DNA from: Fibrobacteria bacterium
GTDB taxonomy: Bacteria; Fibrobacterota; Chitinivibrionia; Chitinivibrionales; FEN-1185
Direction of reading: 5' to 3'
NCBI GenBank assembly: GCA_037447435.1
Contig: JBBIGR010000055.1
Span: 1-28,288 of the forward strand
DNA: 28,288 nt
Each line of letters starts with the position of its first letter. The first letter of the stretch is position 1. Shown in pieces: positions 18,967 to 28,235 of this stretch. The position numbers and the translations under genes are program-made. The notes below the pieces were generated by a model. That model had not been told where the DNA came from. It saw only the letters and a list, made by a program, of their open reading frames with translations, and made no database searches.

Positions 18967-19018
18967 ATGGGCCGTTTTAATTCCAACATTGCAAGAATGT
19001 AAATCGGCGAATTTTCCT

Positions 19019-19711
19019 TTATAGATTTAATCCCGCTCGAATGCCGTCGTTTGCCGACACTCGCAAAAGATCCAACAGATGTTGCGCCGATTGAATTTTT
19101 CCGCCCTGAGGTCCCTTGGGCAAAACGTTTTCCGTTGCCCAGCCCAGAAAATCCTGCATAGTCAATTCACCGTCGAAAACAAGGAAAAAATGTTCGGCAA
19201 TTGCCTCGCAAAGCTCAGGAGAAAATCCGTTGCTTTGTTCCGGCACCACGACGATATCCCCCATTGCCTTTTCATCCCCTACTGGCGACGGTGCCGGTGC
19301 GGTCGCGGGTCGCGTTAGAACCGCCTTTCGCGGCGGTTGAAAATTATAGGTTTGCGCCAAACTGGTGAGTTTTTCTATAAGAATGTTTTTCTCAACGGGC
19401 TTAAGGATATAATACTGCAAACCAGCCTTGACAGAATCGAATATTATCTTTTTATCGTGCATGGTCGTTACCATGATAAACGGTACTTGGGACGCCTTCG
19501 GATGTTGCCGGACCAATTTTAAAAAATCAAGACCGGTTTTGCCCGGCATATTATAGTCGGAAAAAATCAGATCCGGCATTTTCAATTGAATCTGATATAA
19601 TGCATCATCGACGTCTACAGCCTGAGCGATCTGATCGTAGCCTATCTCATTAAGCAATTTAATCAGCATGAATCGTATCGTTTTTGAATCATCGACGACC
19701 AGAATTTGCAT
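19019..19711 (-). CDS. CheY-like response regulator with a Pro/Ala linker and an unknown C-terminal domain
   Basis: ILVVDDS...FSDYNMPGKTGLDFL...MVTT...YILKP; AAGGAG RBS. Confidence 0.88.
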   Translation of the reverse strand: MQILVVDDSKTIRFMLIKLLNEIGYDQIAQAVDVDDALYQIQLKMPDLIFSDYNMPGKTGLDFLKLVRQHPKASQVPFIMVTTMHDKKIIFDSVKAGLQYYILKPVEKNILIEKLTSLAQTYNFQPPRKAVLTRPATAPAPSPVGDEKAMGDIVVVPEQSNGFSPELCEAIAEHFFLVFDGELTMQDFLGWATENVLPKGPQGGKIQSAQHLLDLLRVSANDGIRAGLNL

Positions 19712-19927
19712 ACAAACTCCTTACAACAGGGCTTTTATTAACCGACATACGAAGTATAGCATGAAACCGTAATAAAAACCAGACTTGGCATTATTTCATC
19801 CGATTTCGATAGTGCGATTTCAAATATAAAAATATCGGATAGCTGATGGCAAAGCGGGAAACGCTGAAAATTATCGAAATCATGATGCTTCAAAAAACCA
19901 TTACACTCCATGTGAAGAACGGGATGG

Positions 19928-21148
19928 TTATTTCGCAATTGCCAAGGTTTTTGCCGCTTGTTTTTTTCCATTATCAAAGTCCGCGACATATATACCCGTT
20001 ATAAAAGTCGACGGATTCAAACAGATCCGATGCCGTCCCGAAGTCATAGTTTTGCAGTCGTTTGAAAAATCTGCGACCATTTTTCCTCGAGCGTTAAATA
20101 TTCTCAATGAAGAACAACCGGGTTGCTCCAAATAAAAAGTAAGTGTCCTACCCTTTATTTCGTACCACAACTCGGATCTCGGTCCGGTTACATGCTGATG
20201 TTGCGGGATCTCAGGGTTGTCGACCGAGTCGAAATTAACGTTTGTCCATGTAAATTGGGCGCTCGACCCGATAAACATTTTTTTGTCCGGCGGAGAATAT
20301 TCCCATGCAAAAACAGTCTTGTTTTTCGTATCAAATTGCAAAAAACGGGTTCTGGTGTTATCCGTAGATCCGGGAATACTATTCTGATGATCGATAAGCA
20401 TTTGATATACCTGAGTGCCGGCACGGTTGGTCCTCACCCATGTGCATTCCCCACCGACGACATGCCCGCAAAAGACAAACATAATATTGCCGAATACGTT
20501 AACGAGGTTATTCCAGATCGGAGTTCCCTCGGGCGTATAGGATGTCGCGTCACTCAGATAGCTATGAGTCAGGATAATGAATTTGCGCAAAGGATATTGC
20601 TTCAGTACCGAATTGGCCCAGGACATGATTCCGTTGTCGAATCCGGCCCCAAATTGTAATTCGAGTATGGCCCAGTCGATACCCCCAACGGTAAACAAAT
20701 GATAACTATTGGAATTCGTGCCTGCGGGATAGGAACCGCCCCATTTGACATAAGAAGAAACCACTTCAAGTGCGGTCTGAATTCGATTGATGGGAAATGT
20801 TTTATTATAATTTTTGAGAGCCGAAAGATTGCTGCCGTTACAGCAATCAAAGTCATGATTCCCCGGAGTAATGAGATACGGCAGCTTGACTTTTTCAATG
20901 AAATTAATGGCAGTTGAAGCATGGGCGTATTGTGTTAAATTGCCGCCGTTAGTAAAATCCCCTTCCTGAAGCACGTATTTAATATTCAAAGAGTCTTTGT
21001 GGGAGGCTATCCAGGCGAACTGGTTGTAAACGAGGCTTGTATCGCCCTGAATCGGATATTGCGTATCAGGAATCAAGACTATGGTAAATTTTTCAGCGAA
21101 AGCAATAACGGCAAAACACAAAATAAATATGAAGCATGCATTTTTCAT
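19928..21148 (-). CDS. Secreted calcineurin-like metallophosphoesterase with a T9SS/FlgD-like C-terminal domain
   Basis: Signal peptide; PDTQY, EGD, PGNHD, LTHSY and CGHV motifs; C-terminal LRIFNARGKMV...TGIYV...KTLAIAK. Confidence 0.88.
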   Translation of the reverse strand: MKNACFIFILCFAVIAFAEKFTIVLIPDTQYPIQGDTSLVYNQFAWIASHKDSLNIKYVLQEGDFTNGGNLTQYAHASTAINFIEKVKLPYLITPGNHDFDCCNGSNLSALKNYNKTFPINRIQTALEVVSSYVKWGGSYPAGTNSNSYHLFTVGGIDWAILELQFGAGFDNGIMSWANSVLKQYPLRKFIILTHSYLSDATSYTPEGTPIWNNLVNVFGNIMFVFCGHVVGGECTWVRTNRAGTQVYQMLIDHQNSIPGSTDNTRTRFLQFDTKNKTVFAWEYSPPDKKMFIGSSAQFTWTNVNFDSVDNPEIPQHQHVTGPRSELWYEIKGRTLTFYLEQPGCSSLRIFNARGKMVADFSNDCKTMTSGRHRICLNPSTFITGIYVADFDNGKKQAAKTLAIAK

Positions 21149-21278
21149 ATTTTATCCCTTACAAAAGCAAGATCCGGAAAGCTGTATCTCACGAAAGCAA
21201 AACTGTCACCTAATGAATGGATTTCGCGGTGCAACGTCAAGAATGGAAACTTACAGTTTGATTTATATGCAAAGGAAT

Positions 21279-21334
21279 AAAAAAAGGCCCTAAAAACGTT
21301 GAAATCCATTTAATTTCGCGGTATTTAGAGCCTT
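21279..21334 (-). terminator. Long imperfect hairpin plus U-tract downstream of tRNA-Ala
   Basis: On the minus strand, AAGGCTCTAAATACCGCGAAAT ... ATTTCAACGTTTTTAGGGCCTT is followed by TTTTT. Confidence 0.6.
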
Positions 21335-21342
21335 ACTAAAAG

Positions 21343-21415
21343 TGGAGCTGGTCGGGATCGAACCGACGACCCCCAGACTGCCAGCCTGATGCTCTCCCAA
21401 CTGAGCTACAGCCCC
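21343..21415 (-). tRNA. tRNA-Ala(GGC); 3' CCA not fully encoded
   Basis: GGGGCTGTAGCTCAGTTGGGAGAGCATCAGGCTGGCAGTCTGGGGGTCGTCGGTTCGATCCCGACCAGCTCCA: cloverleaf, G3:U70 Ala identity pair, anticodon GGC, T-loop TTCGATC. Confidence 0.96.
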
Positions 21416-21433
21416 ATTTTTAGGTCGCAATAA

Positions 21434-21462
21434 AAATTACTTATTTAGATTGTTGATGTCAA
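21434..21462 (-). promoter_or_regulatory. Candidate sigma70 promoter for tRNA-Ala
   Basis: Minus-strand TTGACA-17 bp-TAATTT, 18 bp upstream of the tRNA 5' end. Confidence 0.6.
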
Positions 21463-21488
21463 TGATTAAGATAAAATTCTCTATTCTT

Positions 21489-23195
21489 TTATCCTTTTTT
21501 AACGATTTTGGCCCAGGCGTCTTTTAAAGTAACGGTTCTATTAAAAACAAGCGCATCCTTTTTACAGTCTTTGCTGTCAGCACAAAAATAGCCGACGCGT
21601 TCAAACTGAAACTTGTCGCCGGCATTTACCGAAGCCAAACCCGGCTCGACTTTAGCTTTTGGAACGATTTTTAATGAATCCGGATTGATAAGAGATTTGA
21701 AATCCATCCCGTCGGGCACATCGGAAGGATCTTCTTTTGTCAACAAATAATCGTACAGACGCATTTCGGCATTGAGTGCGTGTGCGGCAGAAACCCAATG
21801 AATTGTCGACTTCGGCGACCTGCCGTCGGGAGATGATCCACCGCGGGTTGCCGGATCATAGGTGCAATGTAAAGCAACGATTTCGCCGGTTGCCGGGTCT
21901 TTTTCGGCACCGGTGCACGTGATAAAATAAGCATACCGCAACCGTACTTCCCGGCCGATGGACAGGCGGAAAAACTTCTTTGGAGGATTTTCCATAAAAT
22001 CCTCTTTTTCGATGTACAATTCCTTTGAAAAGGGTACTTTTCTACTGCCCATTGAAGGATCTTCGGGATTGTTGACCGCAGCAAGATCTTCAGATTGATT
22101 CTGCGGATAATTATCGATGATTACCTTCAATGGATTAAGCACTGCCATGAAACGCGGTACTTTCTTATTTAAATCTTCCCGTACGCAATGTTCAAGAAGC
22201 GCAACCTCGACCATGCTCTCCCTCTTAGCAACGCCGATCTTTTCGCAAAAACTACGAATGGCTTCGGGCGTATACCCTCGCCGGCGCATTCCGGAAATCG
22301 TCGGCATACGCGGATCATCCCATCCCGAAACGAATCCTTCCTGCACCAGTTGTAACAGCTTTCTTTTGCTCATGACCGTATAGGTCAGATTCAACCGGGC
22401 AAATTCGATTTGCTGAGGATGGCACGGAACAGGCGCCTGGTCCAGAAACCAGTTATACAGAGGACGATGATCTTCAAATTCGAGCGAGCAAAGCGAATGC
22501 GTCACACCTTCGATCGAATCTTCCAATCCGTGCGCCCAATCGTACATCGGATAAATGTTCCATTTGTCACCTTGTCGATGATGCGGTACCTTGAGTATCC
22601 TGTACATTGCAGGATCGCGGAAATTTATATTCGGTGAAGCCATGTCTATTTTCGCCCGTAGTGTATGCGAGCCGTCCGGGAACTCACCCTTCCTCATCCT
22701 TTCGAACAAATCAAGATTTTCCTCAACCGATCGATCGCGATACGGGCTGTTTTTCCCCGGTTGAGTAAGCGAACCCCGGTATTCCCGTAACTGTTCCGAC
22801 GTCAGATCGCATACGTAGGCTTTCCCTTGCTTAATAAGATGAACGGCCCATTCGTACATTTTATCGAAATAATCGGATGCGAAGTACAAATGAGTACCCC
22901 AATCAAAACCGAGCCATTTGACGTCGCGTTGAATGGATTCTATATATTCGTTCTCTTCTTTACTGGGATTCGTATCATCGTATCGCAGATGACATTCTCC
23001 GTTGAATTCTTTTGCCATTCCGAAATCGATACTGATCGCCTTCGCATGTCCGATATGCAAATAACCGTTCGGTTCGGGCGGAAAGCGCGTTACCACTTTC
23101 TTGCATTTGCCGCTCGCAATATCGTTTGCCACTATTTCACGTATAAAATTTGCGGTTTTTTCCGGTTCCGCTACAGGTGTTTTTTCTTCGGTCAT
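21489..23195 (-). CDS. glnS: Glutamine--tRNA ligase (GlnRS), without a YqeY appendage
   Basis: [65 protein letters not shown] and FQFERVGYF. Confidence 0.97.
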   Translation of the reverse strand: MTEEKTPVAEPEKTANFIREIVANDIASGKCKKVVTRFPPEPNGYLHIGHAKAISIDFGMAKEFNGECHLRYDDTNPSKEENEYIESIQRDVKWLGFDWGTHLYFASDYFDKMYEWAVHLIKQGKAYVCDLTSEQLREYRGSLTQPGKNSPYRDRSVEENLDLFERMRKGEFPDGSHTLRAKIDMASPNINFRDPAMYRILKVPHHRQGDKWNIYPMYDWAHGLEDSIEGVTHSLCSLEFEDHRPLYNWFLDQAPVPCHPQQIEFARLNLTYTVMSKRKLLQLVQEGFVSGWDDPRMPTISGMRRRGYTPEAIRSFCEKIGVAKRESMVEVALLEHCVREDLNKKVPRFMAVLNPLKVIIDNYPQNQSEDLAAVNNPEDPSMGSRKVPFSKELYIEKEDFMENPPKKFFRLSIGREVRLRYAYFITCTGAEKDPATGEIVALHCTYDPATRGGSSPDGRSPKSTIHWVSAAHALNAEMRLYDYLLTKEDPSDVPDGMDFKSLINPDSLKIVPKAKVEPGLASVNAGDKFQFERVGYFCADSKDCKKDALVFNRTVTLKDAWAKIVKKG

Positions 23196-23211
23196 AGTAC
23201 GTTTCCTTTTT

Positions 23212-24669
23212 TTATTTCAAAATATTTACGGCACTATTCAATCTGCGTAAAACGGTCTCCTTACCTAAGAGTTCCATGAGTTCGAAAAGCCCCGGGCCAA
23301 AACTTATTCCGCATAAAGCAAGTCTTGTCGGGTGCACAAGCTCACCTATCGGGATTTGCGTTTGCGATGCGTGTTCATGATACACGGCATCGATCGCCTG
23401 TTGTGAAAACGCGGGCATGGCATCGAGCTTTTCAACCAATCCTAAAAGCACCTTGGCAGTTTCGGGTTTAAAATGCTTTTTCGATGCTTTTTCTTCATAT
23501 GCTTTGGGGTCTGCAAAAAAATATGCGGCATTTTCCACGATGTCCGTGATTTTCTTTGATCGATCTTTAAGTAATCGAATGACGGTCAATAAATACGGGT
23601 CCGATGCTGAGATGTCTTTTGTTACAATCCCTTTTTCTTGTAATGCAGCGCACACATCGGGAGCAATGGTTTCGACGCTCGATTCGGTCAAATAAAGTCC
23701 GTTCATCCAATCGAGTTTTTTCTCGTCGAACACTGCTCCTTTAGGAGATATTTTATTCAATTCAAACATGCCGATTATCTCATCACGCGACATTTTTTCG
23801 CGGTCATCTCCGGGATTCCAACCGAGCAATGCCAAAAAATTAAACAGCGCATCCGGAAGAATTCCACGGTTTTTATAATCCATTACCGATGCGGCGCCTT
23901 TACGTTTGGACAATTTTCCGCCCGATGGATCCAAGATGACCGGCATATGAGCGAATTGAGGAGACGTCCAACCGAATGCCTCATAGAGCAAAATATGACG
24001 CGGCGTAGAGGCTATCCATTCGTCGCCCCGCAACACATGAGAAATGTCCATCGCATGATCGTCTACGACATTGGCAAGATGATATGTCGGGTAGCCGTCG
24101 GATTTGAGTAAAACGAAATCGTCGAGCACGTCGCTTTTATATTCAATATTGCCGCGGATGACGTCATTAAAAACAATGTTTCTCCCCGAAGGAATTTTGA
24201 ACCTGACGACAAAAGGCATCCCGGCATCAAGCTGCGATTTTTCTTCCTCTTTCGATAAGGTGCGGCACTGTTTGTCGTAGCCTTCCTGTAATTTTTCCTG
24301 AGCTTGCTTTTTGCGCATTTCATCGAGACGTTGCGAAGAGCAAAAGCATCGATATGCACAACCGTTTTCGATCAAATAATTCACTTGTTGTTTGTATAGG
24401 TCCAAGCGTTCGGATTGGACATACGGTCCCAAATTGCCGCCCACGACAGGACCTTCTGTCCAGTCGAGTCCGAGCCACTTAAGACTGTCGTAAATTTCCT
24501 TTAATGCGCCTTCGACGAAACGGTTCCTGTCCGTATCTTCGATCCGTAAAATGAAAGTTCCGCCCATTTTCTTTGCAAAACAATAATTAAAAAGCGCCGT
24601 TCGCGCGCCGCCTACATGCAAATAACCCGTTGGAGATGGTGCAAACCGCACCCGCACATTGCGTGACAT
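23212..24669 (-). CDS. gltX: Glutamate--tRNA ligase (GluRS)
   Basis: [44 protein letters not shown] and the anticodon-binding [12 protein letters not shown]. Confidence 0.97.
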   Translation of the reverse strand: MSRNVRVRFAPSPTGYLHVGGARTALFNYCFAKKMGGTFILRIEDTDRNRFVEGALKEIYDSLKWLGLDWTEGPVVGGNLGPYVQSERLDLYKQQVNYLIENGCAYRCFCSSQRLDEMRKKQAQEKLQEGYDKQCRTLSKEEEKSQLDAGMPFVVRFKIPSGRNIVFNDVIRGNIEYKSDVLDDFVLLKSDGYPTYHLANVVDDHAMDISHVLRGDEWIASTPRHILLYEAFGWTSPQFAHMPVILDPSGGKLSKRKGAASVMDYKNRGILPDALFNFLALLGWNPGDDREKMSRDEIIGMFELNKISPKGAVFDEKKLDWMNGLYLTESSVETIAPDVCAALQEKGIVTKDISASDPYLLTVIRLLKDRSKKITDIVENAAYFFADPKAYEEKASKKHFKPETAKVLLGLVEKLDAMPAFSQQAIDAVYHEHASQTQIPIGELVHPTRLALCGISFGPGLFELMELLGKETVLRRLNSAVNILK

Positions 24670-24670
24670 A

Positions 24671-25630
24671 TTATATTTCCTTATTCAAATTTGCTACGAC
24701 CAATATTTTTCCAAGTCTTACCACTGCTTTTTTACCGAAGACATGTTCGAATTCATCGAGCTTGTTTTTCATGTATTCCATTTTGCCATGGCATAATCGT
24801 TTAAATTCGACAAGGTCCTTCTTTTTCCGGGCAAACTGATTCATTTCACCATACAAAAAGGCCTTTAACAAATGCAATACCGACATGGCGGGATTTTCTT
24901 CCATTCGCGCATCGACGAATTTTAAAGCTTCTTGCAGTTGATTGCTTTTCATGAGGTGATAGGTTTTAATAACTATTTCTATTTCATTGAACCGCTTGGA
25001 AATCGCTATGATTCTTTTTCTGAGCAGCATAACATCCAAATCGGGTTGTCTTTCTTCGTAATGATGAATGAGCTTATGCAAGGCTTGAATGTTTTCAGGA
25101 TCCCGCACCAGCAACTGTTTGAGACAATCCTCTTCTTTTTCGTTTAGGCCCTGTTGTTCGTAAAGGTCGGCAAGCCGGAGATATGAATAATAATTTCCAG
25201 GTTCAAGCGCTATTTCCTGTTCAAGACTTTTTATCGCATTGGGAATTTCGCCGAGCGCGATGAATGAAGTTGCCAGATTGTGATACGGTACACTGTACAT
25301 GTCGCTAACTACGGCGGCTTTTTTAAACCACTCGATGCTGTCCTTGAACAAATTGACATATTGAGTAACTTCACCGATTAGAATATACACGTCGGCCAGG
25401 TCGCGGCAATTTTCATCGTTTTTTCCGGACATCTTCTCAAAAAATTCGGCTATTGTTTTAAGTGAGGACATTGCTTTTGAAAAATGCCCCTCTACGCAAA
25501 GCGCATAGGTGCGGTTTTCAATGAATTCTGCCACATCTTCAAACGGCACTTCCATTGCAGTCACGCAGTTACAAATCTGCTCAAGCGACATTTCCTCAAA
25601 ATTCGGTGCAATAGCTTTCTTTTTGGGCAT
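24671..25630 (-). CDS. Tetratricopeptide-repeat protein
   Basis: Helical TPR-like repeats (YHNLATSFIALGEIPNAIKSLEQEIALEP; YLRLADLYEQQG...LLVRDP); 1 bp from the gltX start. Confidence 0.82.
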   Translation of the reverse strand: MPKKKAIAPNFEEMSLEQICNCVTAMEVPFEDVAEFIENRTYALCVEGHFSKAMSSLKTIAEFFEKMSGKNDENCRDLADVYILIGEVTQYVNLFKDSIEWFKKAAVVSDMYSVPYHNLATSFIALGEIPNAIKSLEQEIALEPGNYYSYLRLADLYEQQGLNEKEEDCLKQLLVRDPENIQALHKLIHHYEERQPDLDVMLLRKRIIAISKRFNEIEIVIKTYHLMKSNQLQEALKFVDARMEENPAMSVLHLLKAFLYGEMNQFARKKKDLVEFKRLCHGKMEYMKNKLDEFEHVFGKKAVVRLGKILVVANLNKEI

Positions 25631-25639
25631 TTTTTCCTT

Positions 25640-26917
25640 TTATTTTTTTCTGAATTTCTGAACCTTGTTTAATTGGTTTTTAAAAATTTCCTTTTCACCA
25701 TCGACTAAAATCTTAGCATTTTCCGAAACATTCTTACACGCATTCAATAATGATCCATTGTCGGTTTTTGAAAACAACACCCAATTACCGATAAGATATT
25801 GGCCTTGCGGCAAATCGCGAACCGTAAGCCGAAATCCTGCATATCCGGGACCTTTCGCAGAGGGCTTTGAAGAGAAAATATATCCTGAACCGTGCAAGTA
25901 TTTGTCTTCCATTGCAGCTTCGAGAAGCCATGCGTAACCGTTGCTTTTATCGTGCGTTATCATGCACTGATAATTGGGATTTCCTGTTACCAAAGTATCT
26001 AATTCCGGGTGTCCGTTAAAACCAAAAGATATGCCTTTCTTCGGCACTTCAAACGTGAAATTATTGCCGGCGGGCTTAATTACCGGAGACATTTCCAAAT
26101 ATGCTTCACTGAAAAAGGCGCCTAATCGTATAGGTAAATGCACATAAACCGGTACTCGTACCATATCGGGATAGCAAATTTGGTTTACAGCGGCATGACT
26201 TCCTTTGACAAATAGACCGAGATTCAAATGAAAATCGCCTCGCCTGATCAATCGAATTGCGCCGGCCTTATACCGTTTTACCAGGCAAATAATACTGTTT
26301 TCCGTATACGTAATCGGAATGAGGCCCCATAACCATTTGCAAATAATCCTAATCCGTAACTCGCTCGTTAAATCTAAGAATTTATGCGAGGTGAAATCCA
26401 TCACTCCCGCGCTTGTGAAATGAAAACGCTCGTGACCGAAACAGGCGTAATAATTTGGTGTAATAAGCTTTTCCAAAGAATGATCATATTTGATATACGA
26501 TACTTTTGACGGAGGTAATGCTGAATCGCTAGAAACAATCACGAATCGTTTTTCATTGTTGTGCATAACGCAAACGGATTGCTCAAGGAATTTATTGGAA
26601 ATACCGCCCGCAGATGTGTCGGCATCCTCAAACATGAAAACTATCTCGTCAGATGTGTCAAGTACTCCGTTTCCTTTATTTGGTTCAGCACCTTGAGGGC
26701 AGATATAATCGCCGCTTGTATCGACCTCATCGATTTGAAAGGGTATGCAATTGCCATTATGCGAACGGACACGTATCGATTGGATGCTCTGCCCCAAAAA
26801 GCGAGGCAACATGGACCCGGTTAACACAATGGGCTCGGCGAAGGTTGTGGAAACAGCCGAAAAAAAAACAAAAAAATACGGATATAAAATGGAACCTGAT
26901 TTATTGGATTTGGGCAT
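25640..26917 (-). CDS. Secreted hypothetical protein, first gene of the putative hyp-TPR-gltX-glnS operon
   Basis: Long ORF with a signal-peptide-like N-terminus; IPFQIDE and GVLDTSDEIVF segments; 9 bp from the TPR gene. Confidence 0.75.
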   Translation of the reverse strand: MPKSNKSGSILYPYFFVFFSAVSTTFAEPIVLTGSMLPRFLGQSIQSIRVRSHNGNCIPFQIDEVDTSGDYICPQGAEPNKGNGVLDTSDEIVFMFEDADTSAGGISNKFLEQSVCVMHNNEKRFVIVSSDSALPPSKVSYIKYDHSLEKLITPNYYACFGHERFHFTSAGVMDFTSHKFLDLTSELRIRIICKWLWGLIPITYTENSIICLVKRYKAGAIRLIRRGDFHLNLGLFVKGSHAAVNQICYPDMVRVPVYVHLPIRLGAFFSEAYLEMSPVIKPAGNNFTFEVPKKGISFGFNGHPELDTLVTGNPNYQCMITHDKSNGYAWLLEAAMEDKYLHGSGYIFSSKPSAKGPGYAGFRLTVRDLPQGQYLIGNWVLFSKTDNGSLLNACKNVSENAKILVDGEKEIFKNQLNKVQKFRKK

Positions 26918-26984
26918 GCATCAAAATACGTCGCTTCTGAGTAGAATGACCAATTTTTGTTAAGAAACAAATCCATATGAAATG

Positions 26985-27019
26985 AAACGAAAAGGGCCTT
27001 TGGAAAAATCCAAAGACCC
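26985..27019 (-). terminator. Rho-independent terminator of the GH16 gene
   Basis: Minus-strand GGGTCTTTGGA-TTTT-TCCAAAGGCCC followed by TTTTCGTTT. Confidence 0.7.
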
Positions 27020-27045
27020 AAAAGCGAAAAGCGATTTAAAAAGCG

Positions 27046-28146
27046 TTATCGGCTAACGATCATTTTCTGCGTGATTGAAACATTTTTTCCATCATAGAAG
27101 TGCAAAATATAAGAACCGGGCGCAATACCGTTCGGCACCGATTTGCTCGCCGAATCACCATTTTTAAGTAAATGAATTCTGTTTGAAAAATCTCCCACAA
27201 GCCTTCCGGTCACGTCGAACAATTTTAATTGAGCCTTTTCAGGATTCACAACCACAAGAGAGGAAAAAGAAATATTTTTCTTTTCTGCAGGACTTGCCTG
27301 AGTAATAATTCCTTTTTGATACACCCGCACATAGTCTATACTCATCTTTTGCGGGAAAATGGTATTATCGATATTGTTTCCCTGATAATTTCCGCCTACT
27401 GCAATGTTTGCGATGAAAAAATGAGGCTGATGAAACGATTTTTTATTGCTTGCCAAATTGATATTAGTATATTGCCATGACTGTTTTCCATCAAAGTAAT
27501 AGGTGATTTTTGTTGAATCCCATTCGATTGCATATAAATGAAACGAATCGCATAAGCAATTCGAATAGCCTGTTGGATTGGTGTTGTATACCGGGGACAC
27601 CTGACCGTAAACACTGCTGTAATGGCATGTTTGAACGAATAAATTGTCGCCGGGATATTGTACGCCTTTTGCATCGGGATAGGTTTGAGGTCCTGTGCGC
27701 TGTTCATAAAGTTCGACTTCACCGCACGAGGGCCAGGTTGCCACATCAATGTCGCTGCCGAGGGTCCAAAATGCAGGCCATAATCCTCTGCCTTTGGGTG
27801 TTTTTATCTTTGCTTCAAAATATCCGTATTTGAATTCTTTCTTTGCTTTGGTTTTCATACGGCAAGAGGTGTAACTTTTATTGCCTTTGCTTTCATGCTT
27901 GGCCCAAAGCACGCCTACTCCATTTTCAACGGTAAAATTGCTGCCATTCGTGTAATACTCTGCTTCGGCATTTCCCCATCCGTCGGGATTTCCAACGCCG
28001 GTATCAAAAGTCCAAACGGCAGTATCTATGGTCGGCTTATCGAATTCATCCGACCAAAGCAAGCCGTATCCTGCCGGCGGCGCAGCTTCTATCTTGACCA
28101 CCGAAAAAAGAATAACGACAAAAAACAACTTTAAAAACAGCCTCAC
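27046..28146 (-). CDS. Secreted glycoside hydrolase family 16 (laminarinase-like) with a T9SS-like C-terminal domain
   Basis: WSDEF, GWGNAEAEYY, YTSCRMKT, GLWPAFWTLG, WPSCGEVELYE, FHLYAIEW, NIAVGG and IDYVRVYQ. The GTG start at 28146 preceded by GGAGG is preferred over the TTG at 28221. Confidence 0.92.
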   Translation of the reverse strand: MRLFLKLFFVVILFSVVKIEAAPPAGYGLLWSDEFDKPTIDTAVWTFDTGVGNPDGWGNAEAEYYTNGSNFTVENGVGVLWAKHESKGNKSYTSCRMKTKAKKEFKYGYFEAKIKTPKGRGLWPAFWTLGSDIDVATWPSCGEVELYEQRTGPQTYPDAKGVQYPGDNLFVQTCHYSSVYGQVSPVYNTNPTGYSNCLCDSFHLYAIEWDSTKITYYFDGKQSWQYTNINLASNKKSFHQPHFFIANIAVGGNYQGNNIDNTIFPQKMSIDYVRVYQKGIITQASPAEKKNISFSSLVVVNPEKAQLKLFDVTGRLVGDFSNRIHLLKNGDSASKSVPNGIAPGSYILHFYDGKNVSITQKMIVSR

Positions 28147-28235
28147 AGTAACCTCCCTAGTATTTGAATGACAAATCGCCCAACATAGACCTAATATATA
28201 CAAAAATAAAAAAAATCCCAAGAATTGTAATTCAT

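Noticed and set aside
19835..19880. GGCAAAGCGGGAAACGC resembling part of a c-di-GMP-I riboswitch
   Set aside because: It lacks the second GCAAA-stem and P1 architecture and is on the strand opposite to the downstream gene.
21343..21365. Genomic island bounded by a duplicated tRNA 3' end
   Set aside because: I found no second copy of the tRNA 3' sequence and no integrase in the window; the GTGGAGCT matches in cheA and cheB are short coding coincidences.
26860..26876. A9/A7 homopolymers as a phase-variation tract
   Set aside because: They encode the Phe-rich signal peptide in an intact frame, and such runs are common in this AT-rich sequence.
27020..27045. Three copies of AAAAGCG after the GH16 stop
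   Set aside because: They are too short and irregularly spaced to support a function.
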